From NCBI RefSeq assembly GCF_040938485.1, contig NW_027271764.1, forward strand, positions 124,001-188,000: a stretch of 64,000 bases of DNA, written 5' to 3'. Source of the stretch: Diadema antillarum. Taxonomy: Eukaryota. Made by a program: the position numbers and the translations under genes. Position 1 is the first letter of the stretch; each line of letters starts with the position of its first letter. Below the pieces are notes generated by a model that was not told the origin of the DNA, ran no database searches, and saw only the letters and a program-made list of their open reading frames with translations. Shown here piece by piece: positions 12,818 to 23,249 of this stretch.

Positions 12818-13685
12818 TATTCTACAAGCCTTACTTCCCAATGGATCCTTCTCCAGTCTTTAAAAAATATCATTATTTTATCTAACGGACTTACAACATG
12901 ATTTTGTTTATCTATTGGGGCATCAGTAATGTTTGTTATAAAATTAAAGGCGTTTTTCTTCGACGTGAAAGAAAAACAAATACCTCAAGAAAAAAGAGAA
13001 TAAAACCACATATCTCATTTCAACTTATAGACGAATGTTTGCGATATTAATGATAATGAATATAACACTGTGTGTTATGATTACCATGCTCTTGAAAAAA
13101 TAGATTCACTGGGAAACATAATTTCTGTGCTGATGCTACAGATTTGAGAGTTTTAATCAATTCATTTTTGCTTCTATACGTTTATCTATGTACTGTAAAA
13201 TGACAAATTCATGGTAATATTTTGTATGTATTATGCAAATTTGGTGTTAAAGTTCATTCACTTGAATAAGAACCGGATTTTTTCATTTCATTTCATTTAT
13301 TAAGTTTCCACACAAATCATAAAGTGTTGTGTCTACAACATCCATCCATGACAATGTAAAGTAACACATAAATTATAAGTTATAAGTTCAGTATTTACAA
13401 ATAGCATTTACATAACACAAAATCAAATGAAATCATTCTCAAGAGTACATTCATGATTAATAAGATGGGCTTTAGAATCTCTGCAATCTGTTTGGTCAAT
13501 TGCCATGCACTGATTTTTACTGATCCACATTGAGCCATGCGTCCGGTAAAATCCGAACGCATGGCCATGCATGCGTCCGCTAAAACCCGAACGCATGGCT
13601 CAAGTCTTGTACAGTGTTGTAGGTTTACCGGACGCATGATGGGAAAATGGTTGCATTTCATGAATTTACGGGCCCATTTTATAAC

Positions 13686-13852
13686 ACAAATGATGCACAG
13701 GCCTATTTCGTGGATCAGTGAGAATTGGATGCTCTCATTTAACTTTGGAATAGTCTAAAACCCACTCACTGCGCTCGTGGGTTTAAACAGTTCCAAAGTT
13801 AAACTCGCGCATCCAATTCTCACCGATCCACTCTGTCCTGTGCATCATTTGT
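13686..13852. repeat. Foldback palindrome, ~77-bp arms, 13-nt loop containing CTGCGCT
   Basis: ACAAATGATGCACAGG...TAAAACCCA / TGGGTTTAAA...CCTGTGCATCATTTGT. Confidence 0.75.
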
Positions 13853-13950
13853 ATACTGGTGAATAAACTTGTGTGTGGAGGGAACCTACATAGAAGCAGA
13901 TGCTTGTGGGAGTAGGTTCCCCGAAAGAAAATCAAACACAGGTTATTACA

Positions 13951-13985
<35 letters not shown>
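13951..13985. repeat. (CA)n microsatellite
   Basis: Direct reading; similar arrays at 1501-1521 and 18778-18809. Confidence 0.95.
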
Positions 13986-13987
<2 letters not shown>

Positions 13988-14289
13988 CAAGGAGAAGAGA
14001 ATGAGAAGGAAGAAGAGGAGAAATCACCTACAAGACCGTCATAGGGACAGTATTAATGACGGTATCTGCAGCTGCAAGAGGATAGAAATATGAAAGAAAT
14101 TAATTAAAAATAAAACCATACAGACCTGTTCTACAATCATGTCGAATAATCTATATCAGTATTAATAATTTCAAATCAACTGATAGATCTATAATTCATA
14201 TTATCACTAGAGTATTGCAAATAATTTCAAATCATCTGCTAAAATCATATAAATTCATATTATCACAGAGTATTGCAAAAGAAGTTTAT

Positions 14290-14720
14290 TTTTGAGCTTG
14301 CGTTAGAATGAATACCAACCGGGAGTTCGTCGTAATTCACCATCTAAAGAATTCCATAATTTGGGGTCATTGTAAATAAAAGTATTCTGTAATATTCGTA
14401 ATCTAGTTTTCGGTATATGAAACATATCACTCTGTCGTGTTGGATATCTATGTATTTATTTATTTTTCTTACATATCAACTCCAAAACTTCAGGCAAAAC
14501 ACAATTATCCAAATTATACATCAAAATGACTAAATTCAGTGAATACAAATCATCTATCTTTAAAATTTTACTATCTAAGAAAAGTGGATCAGTATGTGCA
14601 TATAAATTACATCCATAAATACATCTTAAAACTCTTTTTAGAGTAACAAATAACTTATCAATATTCATCCTAGCTGAACTTCCCCACTCTAATATTCCAT
14701 GATTTTAATATGACAAAATC
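14290..14720 (-). mobile_element. CR1/L2-clade LINE 3' fragment (degenerate)
   Basis: AHTDPLF..KILKIDDLY, H.YPTRQS.....PKTR, PKLWNSL C-terminal motifs with stops. Confidence 0.7.
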
Positions 14721-15090
14721 ATAGTTGAATATAACATCAAAACATTTTAATTGTTAAACAAATTGCTTTAATTTATACATAAATTATCTTATTATCATTT
14801 ATTATAGATTAAAAAAAATGGCCCTAGCGCACGCAGTTTTGTTTAAAAACTAACTTGAAATTTAAAAAAAAAAATCCACCAGTGCCTTTTTAGAGGAGTT
14901 TAAAAAAAAACAGATCTGACCGCGGTATGTAGACTAATGGATGAACTGCATGTATATAAGACTCATGAAGCCTACTGTATATGATTTGCATATACCAATT
15001 ACAATATTTGCATTTAATAGCCCTCAAAACCTTAAGCATGTTTAATTTGCCTCTCAAGAAAAAGAACTGTAAAAATCACTCTTCCAGTTC

Positions 15091-15134
<44 letters not shown>

Positions 15135-15135
<1 letters not shown>

Positions 15136-15390
15136 CATATAGTTGAAAGAAATTGGACTGAGGCGGGACGTTGCTCTCGATCTTAGTCTCCCTTTTATTT
15201 GTCAAGCTTTCGGCCCGTCATTGGGCCTTCGTCAGGACCTACGAACAGAACGATTATTATATGAATAACCTGATGTGTCATATAATATATAATGCAATTT
15301 CACATATTACCAATCTTCTAAATCATTTCCTTTATATACACAAATCAATCATTCAACGTCCCGCCTCAGTCCAATTTCTTTCAACTATAT
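15135..15390. mobile_element. Penelope-like retroelement terminal-repeat fragment with inverted ends, inside (TA)n
   Basis: ~37-bp perfect inverted repeat (ATATAGTTGAAAGAAATTGGACTGAGGCGGGACGTTG, ~15137-15173 vs ~15354-15390) enclosing the hammerhead; (TA)n arrays on both sides. Confidence 0.55.
15201..15238 (-). ncRNA. Minimal type I hammerhead ribozyme motif (Penelope-type)
   Basis: GUC-CUGACGA-A-GGCCC(AAUGAC)GGGCC-GAAA-GC-UU-GAC: conserved core boxes, 5-bp helix II, palindromic AGCU helix III, 3-bp helix I. Confidence 0.7.
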
Positions 15391-15458
15391 GCATCCAACA
15401 ATGCGGCACCGCGTACGTTCGGGACCCAGGGAACTATTTCTCACATTATATATACATT

Positions 15459-15516
<58 letters not shown>

Positions 15517-17528
15517 AATATTTGCATATTTCAGCAATAATTTGCATAATTATGAATACAAATATTCACCACCTGAGAAACGCTTATCCCTCAAATCGCT
15601 AATTGCATTCCATGTACAGAGATTTCAAATCATTTTTCCCCGCTCGTTTGCAAAGAATTTTGTAGAAAACGTGTCTCTAAAATTGACAATTTCTGTGACT
15701 GGGCAGCCATTTTGTTTTATGCAAATTAGACGGTCAAGGTCGATGAATTTCGCTTGGAAACCGGATTTTTTGGATTCAGCATACTCAAATTAGGTAAAAG
15801 AGACCGGTTCCCAACTTTTACTCAAAAATGCCTCTAACAACCCTTTAGAGAGCCCTTTTTCAGAAATCCCACTAGACTTATGTATAAAATCAGTGATGCC
15901 AGAGCCCGGGGTGCGATTTTTTTTTCCAACGATAATCATTTAAAAGAAAAGAGAATATTGTTCTCTTTTCTTTTTTCTTTTCTTTTTTGTCCCTAGTACA
16001 AAATGAAAAATAAATGAAAAAAATATGAAAAAGAATAATTACAATAGCGTCTGGCGTTGCGATTGCTCGCAGACTGAAGTGGCATTCTTTCTTCTTCTTC
16101 TTTTTTTTTGGGGGGGGGGGGTCTGAAGGGGGTGCGTTCGCACCCAACGCAAGCCCCCCCCCCCCCGTGACGCCCCATGGCATGATGTATCATTTAGCGC
16201 AGACACAAATATCACATTTGACATCATATGGGATTTATTTCTCTCTATTTTTGACAAACATACCCCCACAATTGGTAAGAAAAATAAAGCAAAAATTCCA
16301 AGTAACATTTTTTCGTTAAATTAAGAAAATAAACAAAAAACATTCTTAATGATAATTTTAATAATTATAGATTCTAGAAAGAAAAAAACCTGACACAAAT
16401 TATAAGAAGTTCCCCCAGAATGCATTACAGTATATGGAAGCGTTAATGTCAGTCACTTGAAAAGTCATTAATGAGGTCATTGGTAAGCAAAAGAAAGTGT
16501 AAACATTTCAAATTGCACCTGAAGGACGCTCTCTGTAATCATTAGAGAAAAGTAGCGAACTGTTTGAATTATTATTTTGTTAATGTAGGTTCTGGTATAC
16601 TCAAGCCTCAAAATTCGAGCCGGCACAAGCAGATTTTGAGCAGTATTTTAGGGCGTGCGTGGCAAATGAACCTATGACATGTCAATGCATACTGTATATA
16701 AATTCCTTCGCATAATTATTTGTCGCACTCAATCTCATGGCATAACCATATGCGACCGACCACGACCAGGCATTAAAAAAAATAAAAAATATCCCTCGTT
16801 GCACCCTTTGTGTAAACCTCGAGGGAAGGATAGGCTTATCTGCTTTCACCAAGGTTCATTCATTCCTTTTATATTCGCAAAATAAATGGAATGAACCTTC
16901 AGCAGTCACGAGCTTCTCAGTCCCTTTCCCCTTTCGTCTATCCTATCTCTATCAAAGTCACTCTTCCATTCTATTTTTTTCTTCATACATGAGTATGTGG
17001 GCTGCAAGCAGATAAAGCTATGCGCTTTAGCTGAGTAGCCCTTCTCCGTTACTCATTGTGTCGACTCACACTTTGTAATAAAAGAAATGCACATAAACAT
17101 GATATGATTACTAAGAAAGCAATTATAATGTGCTACGAAGAATGTGCGTGTGTACATGTGTGTACATAATAGGCTCACGTACATTGATAATGCAGAAACA
17201 ATCGAATCAAATCAAATCAAATCAAACTGGTTGACACAGAGAGACACTTGAACAATATGAGCTTAAGGATGGAAGTCATTTTGACCTCAGTTCTACTGTT
17301 AACAATTACTATATTATTATTATTTGGGGATGGGGTGGGGAGGGTTAGGACCAACCTTACCTCTGCTGTGTCAAAAATTCGAGATAGATATTCGCCCACA
17401 TGACGGACTTATTTAAAACGACAGCAACAAAAATAACAGCACAAAACACAGAAATAAGAGAAATTCCTTTATATTTCGCTTTCTTTGTGTCAACAGAGCA
17501 AGTTGAAACTAAATTCATTTAAGTCCAT

Positions 17529-18608
17529 CTATCCATTGAAAGTACTGTATGGCGACAGACTTTGCCATGCCTGAAGCATGAGTTTTTCGGACAGGTTATA
17601 AAATACTGCAAATAATTTCCATTGTTCTTTGCCAGAATAGCAGAAGTTGTTTTCTGCGTGAACACAAATAAAATATCCGGTGGTCTTAATCTTGATCCCC
17701 ATCTTCTGTAAGCACATACCCACAAAGACATCTTCCCAAGGAAAGAGCGGGGTGGTAACAGCGGTCCGGTAGGTTGCCTCTACCAGGTCTGTAGACATGA
17801 TATAAGCCGCTCCGGTCAAGTAAGGTGGGTAGGTTGAATTGGGATAAAATTCTTTCGAAGTGTAAAATTTGTCGTGCTTGTTTCGAATCACTGCAGCATC
17901 GACGTAAGCATGTCCCGCAGTGTAGTTGTGTAAAGGAGCTTTTGAGAGCATGTTGATGATCCGGGGCATATTCAATATTACATCGTCATCAGCTTTTATT
18001 GTGAATTTGGCTTGTCGGCAATGGTTCGTCACCCACTTCAAACCCATGATCGTCTTTCGTGTCAGGTTTTGGTAGCTATCAATCATGTCCTCCTGCACAA
18101 TATCCATGTACAAATCATATTCCTGGTCAATTTCCCTTTGCACAGTATGGTTAGATGTACTGCCCAGCATAAACACTGTTCTCACTACAGTCTTGTTGAA
18201 TAGCAACCAGTGTTTTCCGTTTCCAAAAGTCGTTCGGATGATTTGCCGCCGATGGAAGTTGGCAGGAGCAGATGTCACGAAAATGACAATATCTACCCCT
18301 TCGAGTTCTCCATGATGATCACTTGTGCTACATATATTTCTTGGATTGTGTAGGTTTAAAAAATCGTGACTGTCGATCGGCTCTAGCATATACTTTGATA
18401 AAGACTTCGAAGCTTTTCTATCCTCATTCTCTCGCGCGGCCGGTGTGGCCACCAGCTTCCTTTCACCTGCGTCGACGTCTATTCGATGTGGAGGTGTGCA
18501 TAAGCAGGGAGTATACTTCTGTCTTCGGCTTTTGGACAGAAAATAAACGTTTATCCCAACAATGATCAAGAAGATCAGATGCCAACCTCTCACTGTGTGT
18601 GCTTTCAT
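17529..18608 (-). CDS. Beta-1,3-galactosyltransferase / GT31 family, type II membrane protein, intronless CDS, 359 aa
   Basis: N-terminal TM (LIFLIIVGINVYFL); IFVTSAPANFHRRQIIRTTFG, DIVQEDMIDSYQNLTRKTIMGLKW, KADDDV (DxD), YPPYLTGAAYIMS, FPWEDVFVG. Confidence 0.95.
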   Translation of the reverse strand: MKAHTVRGWHLIFLIIVGINVYFLSKSRRQKYTPCLCTPPHRIDVDAGERKLVATPAARENEDRKASKSLSKYMLEPIDSHDFLNLHNPRNICSTSDHHGELEGVDIVIFVTSAPANFHRRQIIRTTFGNGKHWLLFNKTVVRTVFMLGSTSNHTVQREIDQEYDLYMDIVQEDMIDSYQNLTRKTIMGLKWVTNHCRQAKFTIKADDDVILNMPRIINMLSKAPLHNYTAGHAYVDAAVIRNKHDKFYTSKEFYPNSTYPPYLTGAAYIMSTDLVEATYRTAVTTPLFPWEDVFVGMCLQKMGIKIKTTGYFICVHAENNFCYSGKEQWKLFAVFYNLSEKLMLQAWQSLSPYSTFNG

Positions 18609-18771
18609 GTTCTAACGAGTACTTAGATTTGTAACTTATCCAGGATTACAGTAGATGTTCGCTCTTCTTACACAATTGACACGATTGACACGAAGAAGTT
18701 AAAGTGTACCTGGAACTGAAGTAACGTAAACATGGTATAATGCCATTCTCATCAGCGAATGAGTTGGTTTT

Positions 18772-18811
<40 letters not shown>

Positions 18812-19244
18812 ACTCACACCTGTATACACTAAAACAACCAATCAAAACCTTCCCGCCATCTAATAAAACTTGCTGATAACGGTACAATATAAACCGCATA
18901 TTTTGTTTTCGGGGACGAACGTATTACCTTTTCAGTTCGTGGTAGCTTCAATATACATTTTCCACCAAACAATGATTGAAGGTTATGCAGTGGCTGGAAT
19001 GTAGCTGTCTTCTTCTTCTTCTTCTTCTTCTTTTGTTAACTTTTAATTCCCTCACATGATTCTACAGCATGAACAAACAAGGAACAGCTAGTGCAAAACC
19101 GATTACCTGCTTATTTCCGTCGACAATATTGAGCTGTTCTTAAATAGACCATAATTTTTCTACTAGTCGTATCGTTGTGAATAGAAAGAAAAAAAACAGC
19201 AACAGGACATTAATTAACATACACTCTACCACTATATGCTGCTG

Positions 19245-19502
19245 ACGAAAATTGGTTTTCAAATGGCTGAGATATCAAAAACGTGATAATAATAAAAGGC
19301 GACAGGCCACGCCTTTTATTAGGATCTCTTTGTTTCACCTTGTTTTTAGATATCTCAGCCATTTCAAAACCAATTTTCACCAAATAAACTTTTGATACCC
19401 CTTAGAATGGCATGCTCTTTGACATAGAGTGGTTTCTGAATATCTCGCAAAACGTTAAAAGCTAAATCCTCAACTCAACCAGAACTGTACACACCCTTTA
19501 AA
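19245..19502. mobile_element. TTAA MITE family C, partial
   Basis: Shares TTGGTTTTCAAATGGCTGAGATATC / GATATCTCAGCCATTTCAAAACCAA core with 40090-40426 and 62223-62611; ends CCCTTTAA. Confidence 0.65.
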
Positions 19503-20074
19503 GTGAACGAACGCTGCGTCCACTAGCTCCTTTCTTCCTGCCATGACTATACAGTGATAGCCCCCCCCCCAAAAAAAAAAAAAAAAAAAAAAAAATTTTT
19601 CGCATTGATAACTTCCAATGATTAAAGTGTCCGAATGTTATTTCAGGATCTTGAAGATAACATCTTAGCTTTATTTTGCAGAAATCCCCAGTCAATGTTG
19701 TTAAGTGGTCACAGAAAAATGTGGATCGTTGGAAAGCAGGTCATGGATCTAATTCTTTCAACTTCCACTTGAATGCTCTTGGACCTGCATTATAATGTGT
19801 GAATGCAATGGACAGAACTTGGCGGACATGGAGGGATTTCTGACATGCTCTTCAAAAATCCTCATTTCTCTTTGACCACTGAAGCAAATCAAATGGGAAT
19901 ATCTGTAAGATATGGGTAATTAGTTATGGTTTCATATCCTGAAATTGTGTTTGGACTGATGCATTATTTTTAAAGTAAATATCGTTGCGGAGGGTACCGT
20001 TGTATTTTTTTTTTTTTTTGGGGGGGGGACATATGGTGTACTCATGTGGGAGGGGGGATACCCCTCCCACATGA

Positions 20075-20183
20075 TAATTTCGTTAACTTTCGTTAAATGA
20101 TAATTTCGTTAACGAAACGGTCATTTTGTCGACGAAATGACCAATTTCGTAACGAAATATTCCGTGCGACACTTGGCGCTCCA
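20075..20183. mobile_element. Palindromic TTTCGTTAACGAAA-repeat MITE, partial
   Basis: Ends GCGACACTTGGCGC; related copy 31321-31462. Confidence 0.55.
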
Positions 20184-21506
20184 TGGTTTTTGTCCTTGGT
20201 TTAAACCATGGTTTCATTTGTACCACCTTCTGTTCAGTTTTCGAGAAAGGCTTTTGAGAATAATTAAGAACAGTATTAACAAGGATGCTGTTGTTGCCAC
20301 AATGATAATTGAACTCATCTAATGATCCATAACCTCTGATTAACATACAAAATGGGTATCACTCAGGCTGCTTGTATTTAAAGCATGTGCCGAGTTTGCC
20401 CATCGCGGCCAATTATAATGATTCGTTGATTCTGGTGAAATCGATATAAATCAGTATGTACAAACGTCCGTGATCGGTTACCGATACCGTGAAAGGTGAG
20501 TCGGGTACCCAACAGCTAGACAATCTCAATGATGGATCTCCTTGCAGTATGGGAAATTTATCACATGGCAGGACAACAACATATCGGGAAAGCTGTAGTG
20601 GTAGTCTTTCGTCGCAACTGCATATAGGACATAGACAGCAGTTGATAACTAGCATGATAGCAACATTACTGTTTTACAAATCATCGTCAATGATTGTACC
20701 TCTCTTTATCATAAGACCTTCCCTGAGTAATCTAACGTTATGCTGACCAAAAATCTGCACATTTTACATCTCTTATCACTCCTCATGAATGATCTTATGC
20801 TTAAACTGATGATAAGGGTAATGGATATGGCCCGTTAAGGGCATCAAGAAGAGATAGGTTGTCTTCATGAAATAAGTTAAGAGGTATCCCCTACATTATT
20901 ACTCCACTGATTAGGCGTAGTGAACATTGGGTTACTGAAGCTTGCTGCTATCAGTTTTAACACTTCAAAAAAAAAATAAAACAGACTGAATGAGAGACTA
21001 GCTTAAAAAAACATATGCTGCTTTGTTGTAATCCACGTGGCTGATATCGAGTCACTCCATATCAAATCACACGACGACACGAATCTCTCAGCAAATTATA
21101 TTGAAGTGAGAGTAATTGCACATGTAATCATAAACTCACAGTTATCGGCAGGGTTCATGGCAAAACGCTTCCGTGATGTGTGAAATGTACACAAGGAACT
21201 TACCGGGAGTGTTCAGTCATCAGTGCAAAGCTGAGATTTAGCAAATATGTTCTCTACACCAACTTGATTGAAGTCGTGAAGACGTGCGTTTTCTTTGATC
21301 ATGTCATACAAGGAAAATGCCAATAGAAGAGAGTAGAGTTGATTGGGCTACCTAATTCACACAAAGTCGTTCTAGACCTGGACTGATTTCTTTTTGACTG
21401 AGTTTACGTGCGAACGAAATTCCACATGGTGAGCGCCGCCACCGTGCATATGCGCGGGCATTCGGGTGTCCGCCAAGTTTTCGGCGACTTCTCCGACGAA
21501 TCCAAA

Positions 21507-23249
21507 ATGGGGTTCAAATCCTCAAACTTCTACCGGACACAAATTCGGGGATTCAGATGTAACTCGTTGGCATACTGTCTGGTGATTGCTTTAGTGACAT
21601 TTAGTTTGTATTACCTCGTCTACTGGAGGAATAGTGACAGCGATGCTGGAGAAGTCAGTTTTCGTCATGGCGTTGTTGACAGTGAACGCGAACAAGTCGT
21701 GGAGGACGCCGTTATGCAGAAAGCCAACCCTGAATCCAAAAAAGTTGTTGATAAGCATGGTTATGAGGATAAATCTCATAACCGAATAAGAGGTCATGAT
21801 AAAAAAATGCACATGAAAAACGAACGACCGGTCGATGATTTCAAACCTGGAGACCGCCACGACGCTTTTGACGACGATCACGTGATCAAAGACGATGACG
21901 GGGAGGACGAACAGGTTTTTAAGGCAGTTGTACAAGAGAATGACGAAGAGAGATACGATGACGAGCCAGTCTTTGCCGCCGAAGTCGTGGAAGACGAGGA
22001 TGACGATGAGGAAGGCGAGCACGACGATGACAAACAAGAAATTGCAGGCAAAGCAGACGATTCTCACTTGAAGATACCTAAGGCGGGGCGAAAGCAGATT
22101 CCAGCGGCCGGGCAGAAACAGATTCCAAAGGCGGGGCAAAGGTCACATGCAGGTGACCATCCTGGCAAAATCGTATTTGGACACGATATGTTTGATAAAT
22201 TAACGCCGAAGAAGTTACACGAAAAGGCGCGCAAATATCAAGAGTACCGAAAGGCTGAAGTCGATCCCGACTATCGGGCCGTCGCCGAACATAACAAGAA
22301 TCCGAAAAACCAGCCAAAGCTACCAAAGTTCAAGCCTAACAAGCACATAAATCTGCAACAACAGGCACAAGCAGTCGCGAAGCCTCATCCTCAGCCAAAA
22401 CAGTTCCCCGTTTCCGTTACACACCATCCAAACGTTAGACTATGTCCCCGCAAGCCATTCATTCTTGTAGTCGTTTTGTCCAACGTCAAGGATCACGTGG
22501 TTCGGAACACAATCCGGAAGACGTGGGGATCACCGGGAAACTTCCATGTTTCTCACGTTCCTGCACCTTCTATGGATTGGTGGGTGGTGTTTGCCGTAGG
22601 ATCCGATGCCTCTAAGAACGAAGCGATACTTGCAGAGAGTGCCAAGTATGCCGACATCTTGCAAGGCGACTTCGTCGACATGGACGCGGAAGAAACGCGG
22701 AAGCTGATGATGGCCATGAAGTGGATAACTGAATTGCACGAGGCATCTCCCAGCTGTCATCCAGCGTACTTGCTTAAAACAAATGCCAACGTCTTCATCA
22801 ACGGGCCCATTTTATCCAACTGGATAACGAATACCCTGAAGAAAACAAGCAACGTTTACGCTGGCAAAGTCTTGCGCCAAGATTTCCCGATCCGGGATAT
22901 GACCGACCCCCATTACGTTCCCTACGGTGATTTTCCCGACGATGTTTTTCCCGACATGATCCGCGGTCCAACCGTCATCCTCTCTTTCGACGTCGTGCTC
23001 CGCATGGTTCCATTGTTCGGCACTGTTGCTCCGATCGCTATGGACGACTCGTACATTGGCGTCCTGGCATCGCGCCTTGGCGTAGCGCCGAGGAACGACG
23101 AGCGTTTCGTGCATATGAAGCGACCGTCCAACGTGTGTCACTACATGAACATGATGATTGTTTTTGGCATCAATGCGTCCGAGCATCGCCATGTATATAA
23201 CGTCATCATAGGGAAATCGGGAAAGCATTGTACGAACAGGGGTCTGTAG
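21507..23249 (+). CDS. Divergent GT31 (B3GALT/B3GNT-like) type II membrane protein with long acidic stem; DxD motif absent
   Basis: Open frame 21408-23249; start most likely aaaATGG at 21507 (alternative ATG 21426). TM LAYCLVIALVTFSLYYLVYW; GT31 scaffold CPRKPFILVVVLS..RNTIRKTWG, VVFAVG, DILQGDFVD, MMAMKW, KTNANVFIN, MDDSYIG. Confidence 0.9.
   Translation: MGFKSSNFYRTQIRGFRCNSLAYCLVIALVTFSLYYLVYWRNSDSDAGEVSFRHGVVDSEREQVVEDAVMQKANPESKKVVDKHGYEDKSHNRIRGHDKKMHMKNERPVDDFKPGDRHDAFDDDHVIKDDDGEDEQVFKAVVQENDEERYDDEPVFAAEVVEDEDDDEEGEHDDDKQEIAGKADDSHLKIPKAGRKQIPAAGQKQIPKAGQRSHAGDHPGKIVFGHDMFDKLTPKKLHEKARKYQEYRKAEVDPDYRAVAEHNKNPKNQPKLPKFKPNKHINLQQQAQAVAKPHPQPKQFPVSVTHHPNVRLCPRKPFILVVVLSNVKDHVVRNTIRKTWGSPGNFHVSHVPAPSMDWWVVFAVGSDASKNEAILAESAKYADILQGDFVDMDAEETRKLMMAMKWITELHEASPSCHPAYLLKTNANVFINGPILSNWITNTLKKTSNVYAGKVLRQDFPIRDMTDPHYVPYGDFPDDVFPDMIRGPTVILSFDVVLRMVPLFGTVAPIAMDDSYIGVLASRLGVAPRNDERFVHMKRPSNVCHYMNMMIVFGINASEHRHVYNVIIGKSGKHCTNRGL

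Larger units (their letters stand above)
15093..15510. repeat. Two (TA)n microsatellites (~15093-15130, ~15465-15510)
   Basis: Direct reading. Confidence 0.9.

Noticed and set aside
15171-15602. 143-aa ORF in the track
   Set aside because: Runs through a (TA)n microsatellite and a repeat fragment (YIYIYI); not coding.
16851-16899. 49-nt imperfect hairpin downstream of the left GT31 gene, pre-miRNA-like
   Set aside because: Short, bulged and AT-rich; cannot be supported without small-RNA data.
21591-23228. Several long minus-strand ORFs overlapping the plus-strand GT31 gene
   Set aside because: Antisense shadows of a GC-rich coding sequence; the same holds for ORFs opposite or overlapping USP20/33 and orphan-gene exons.
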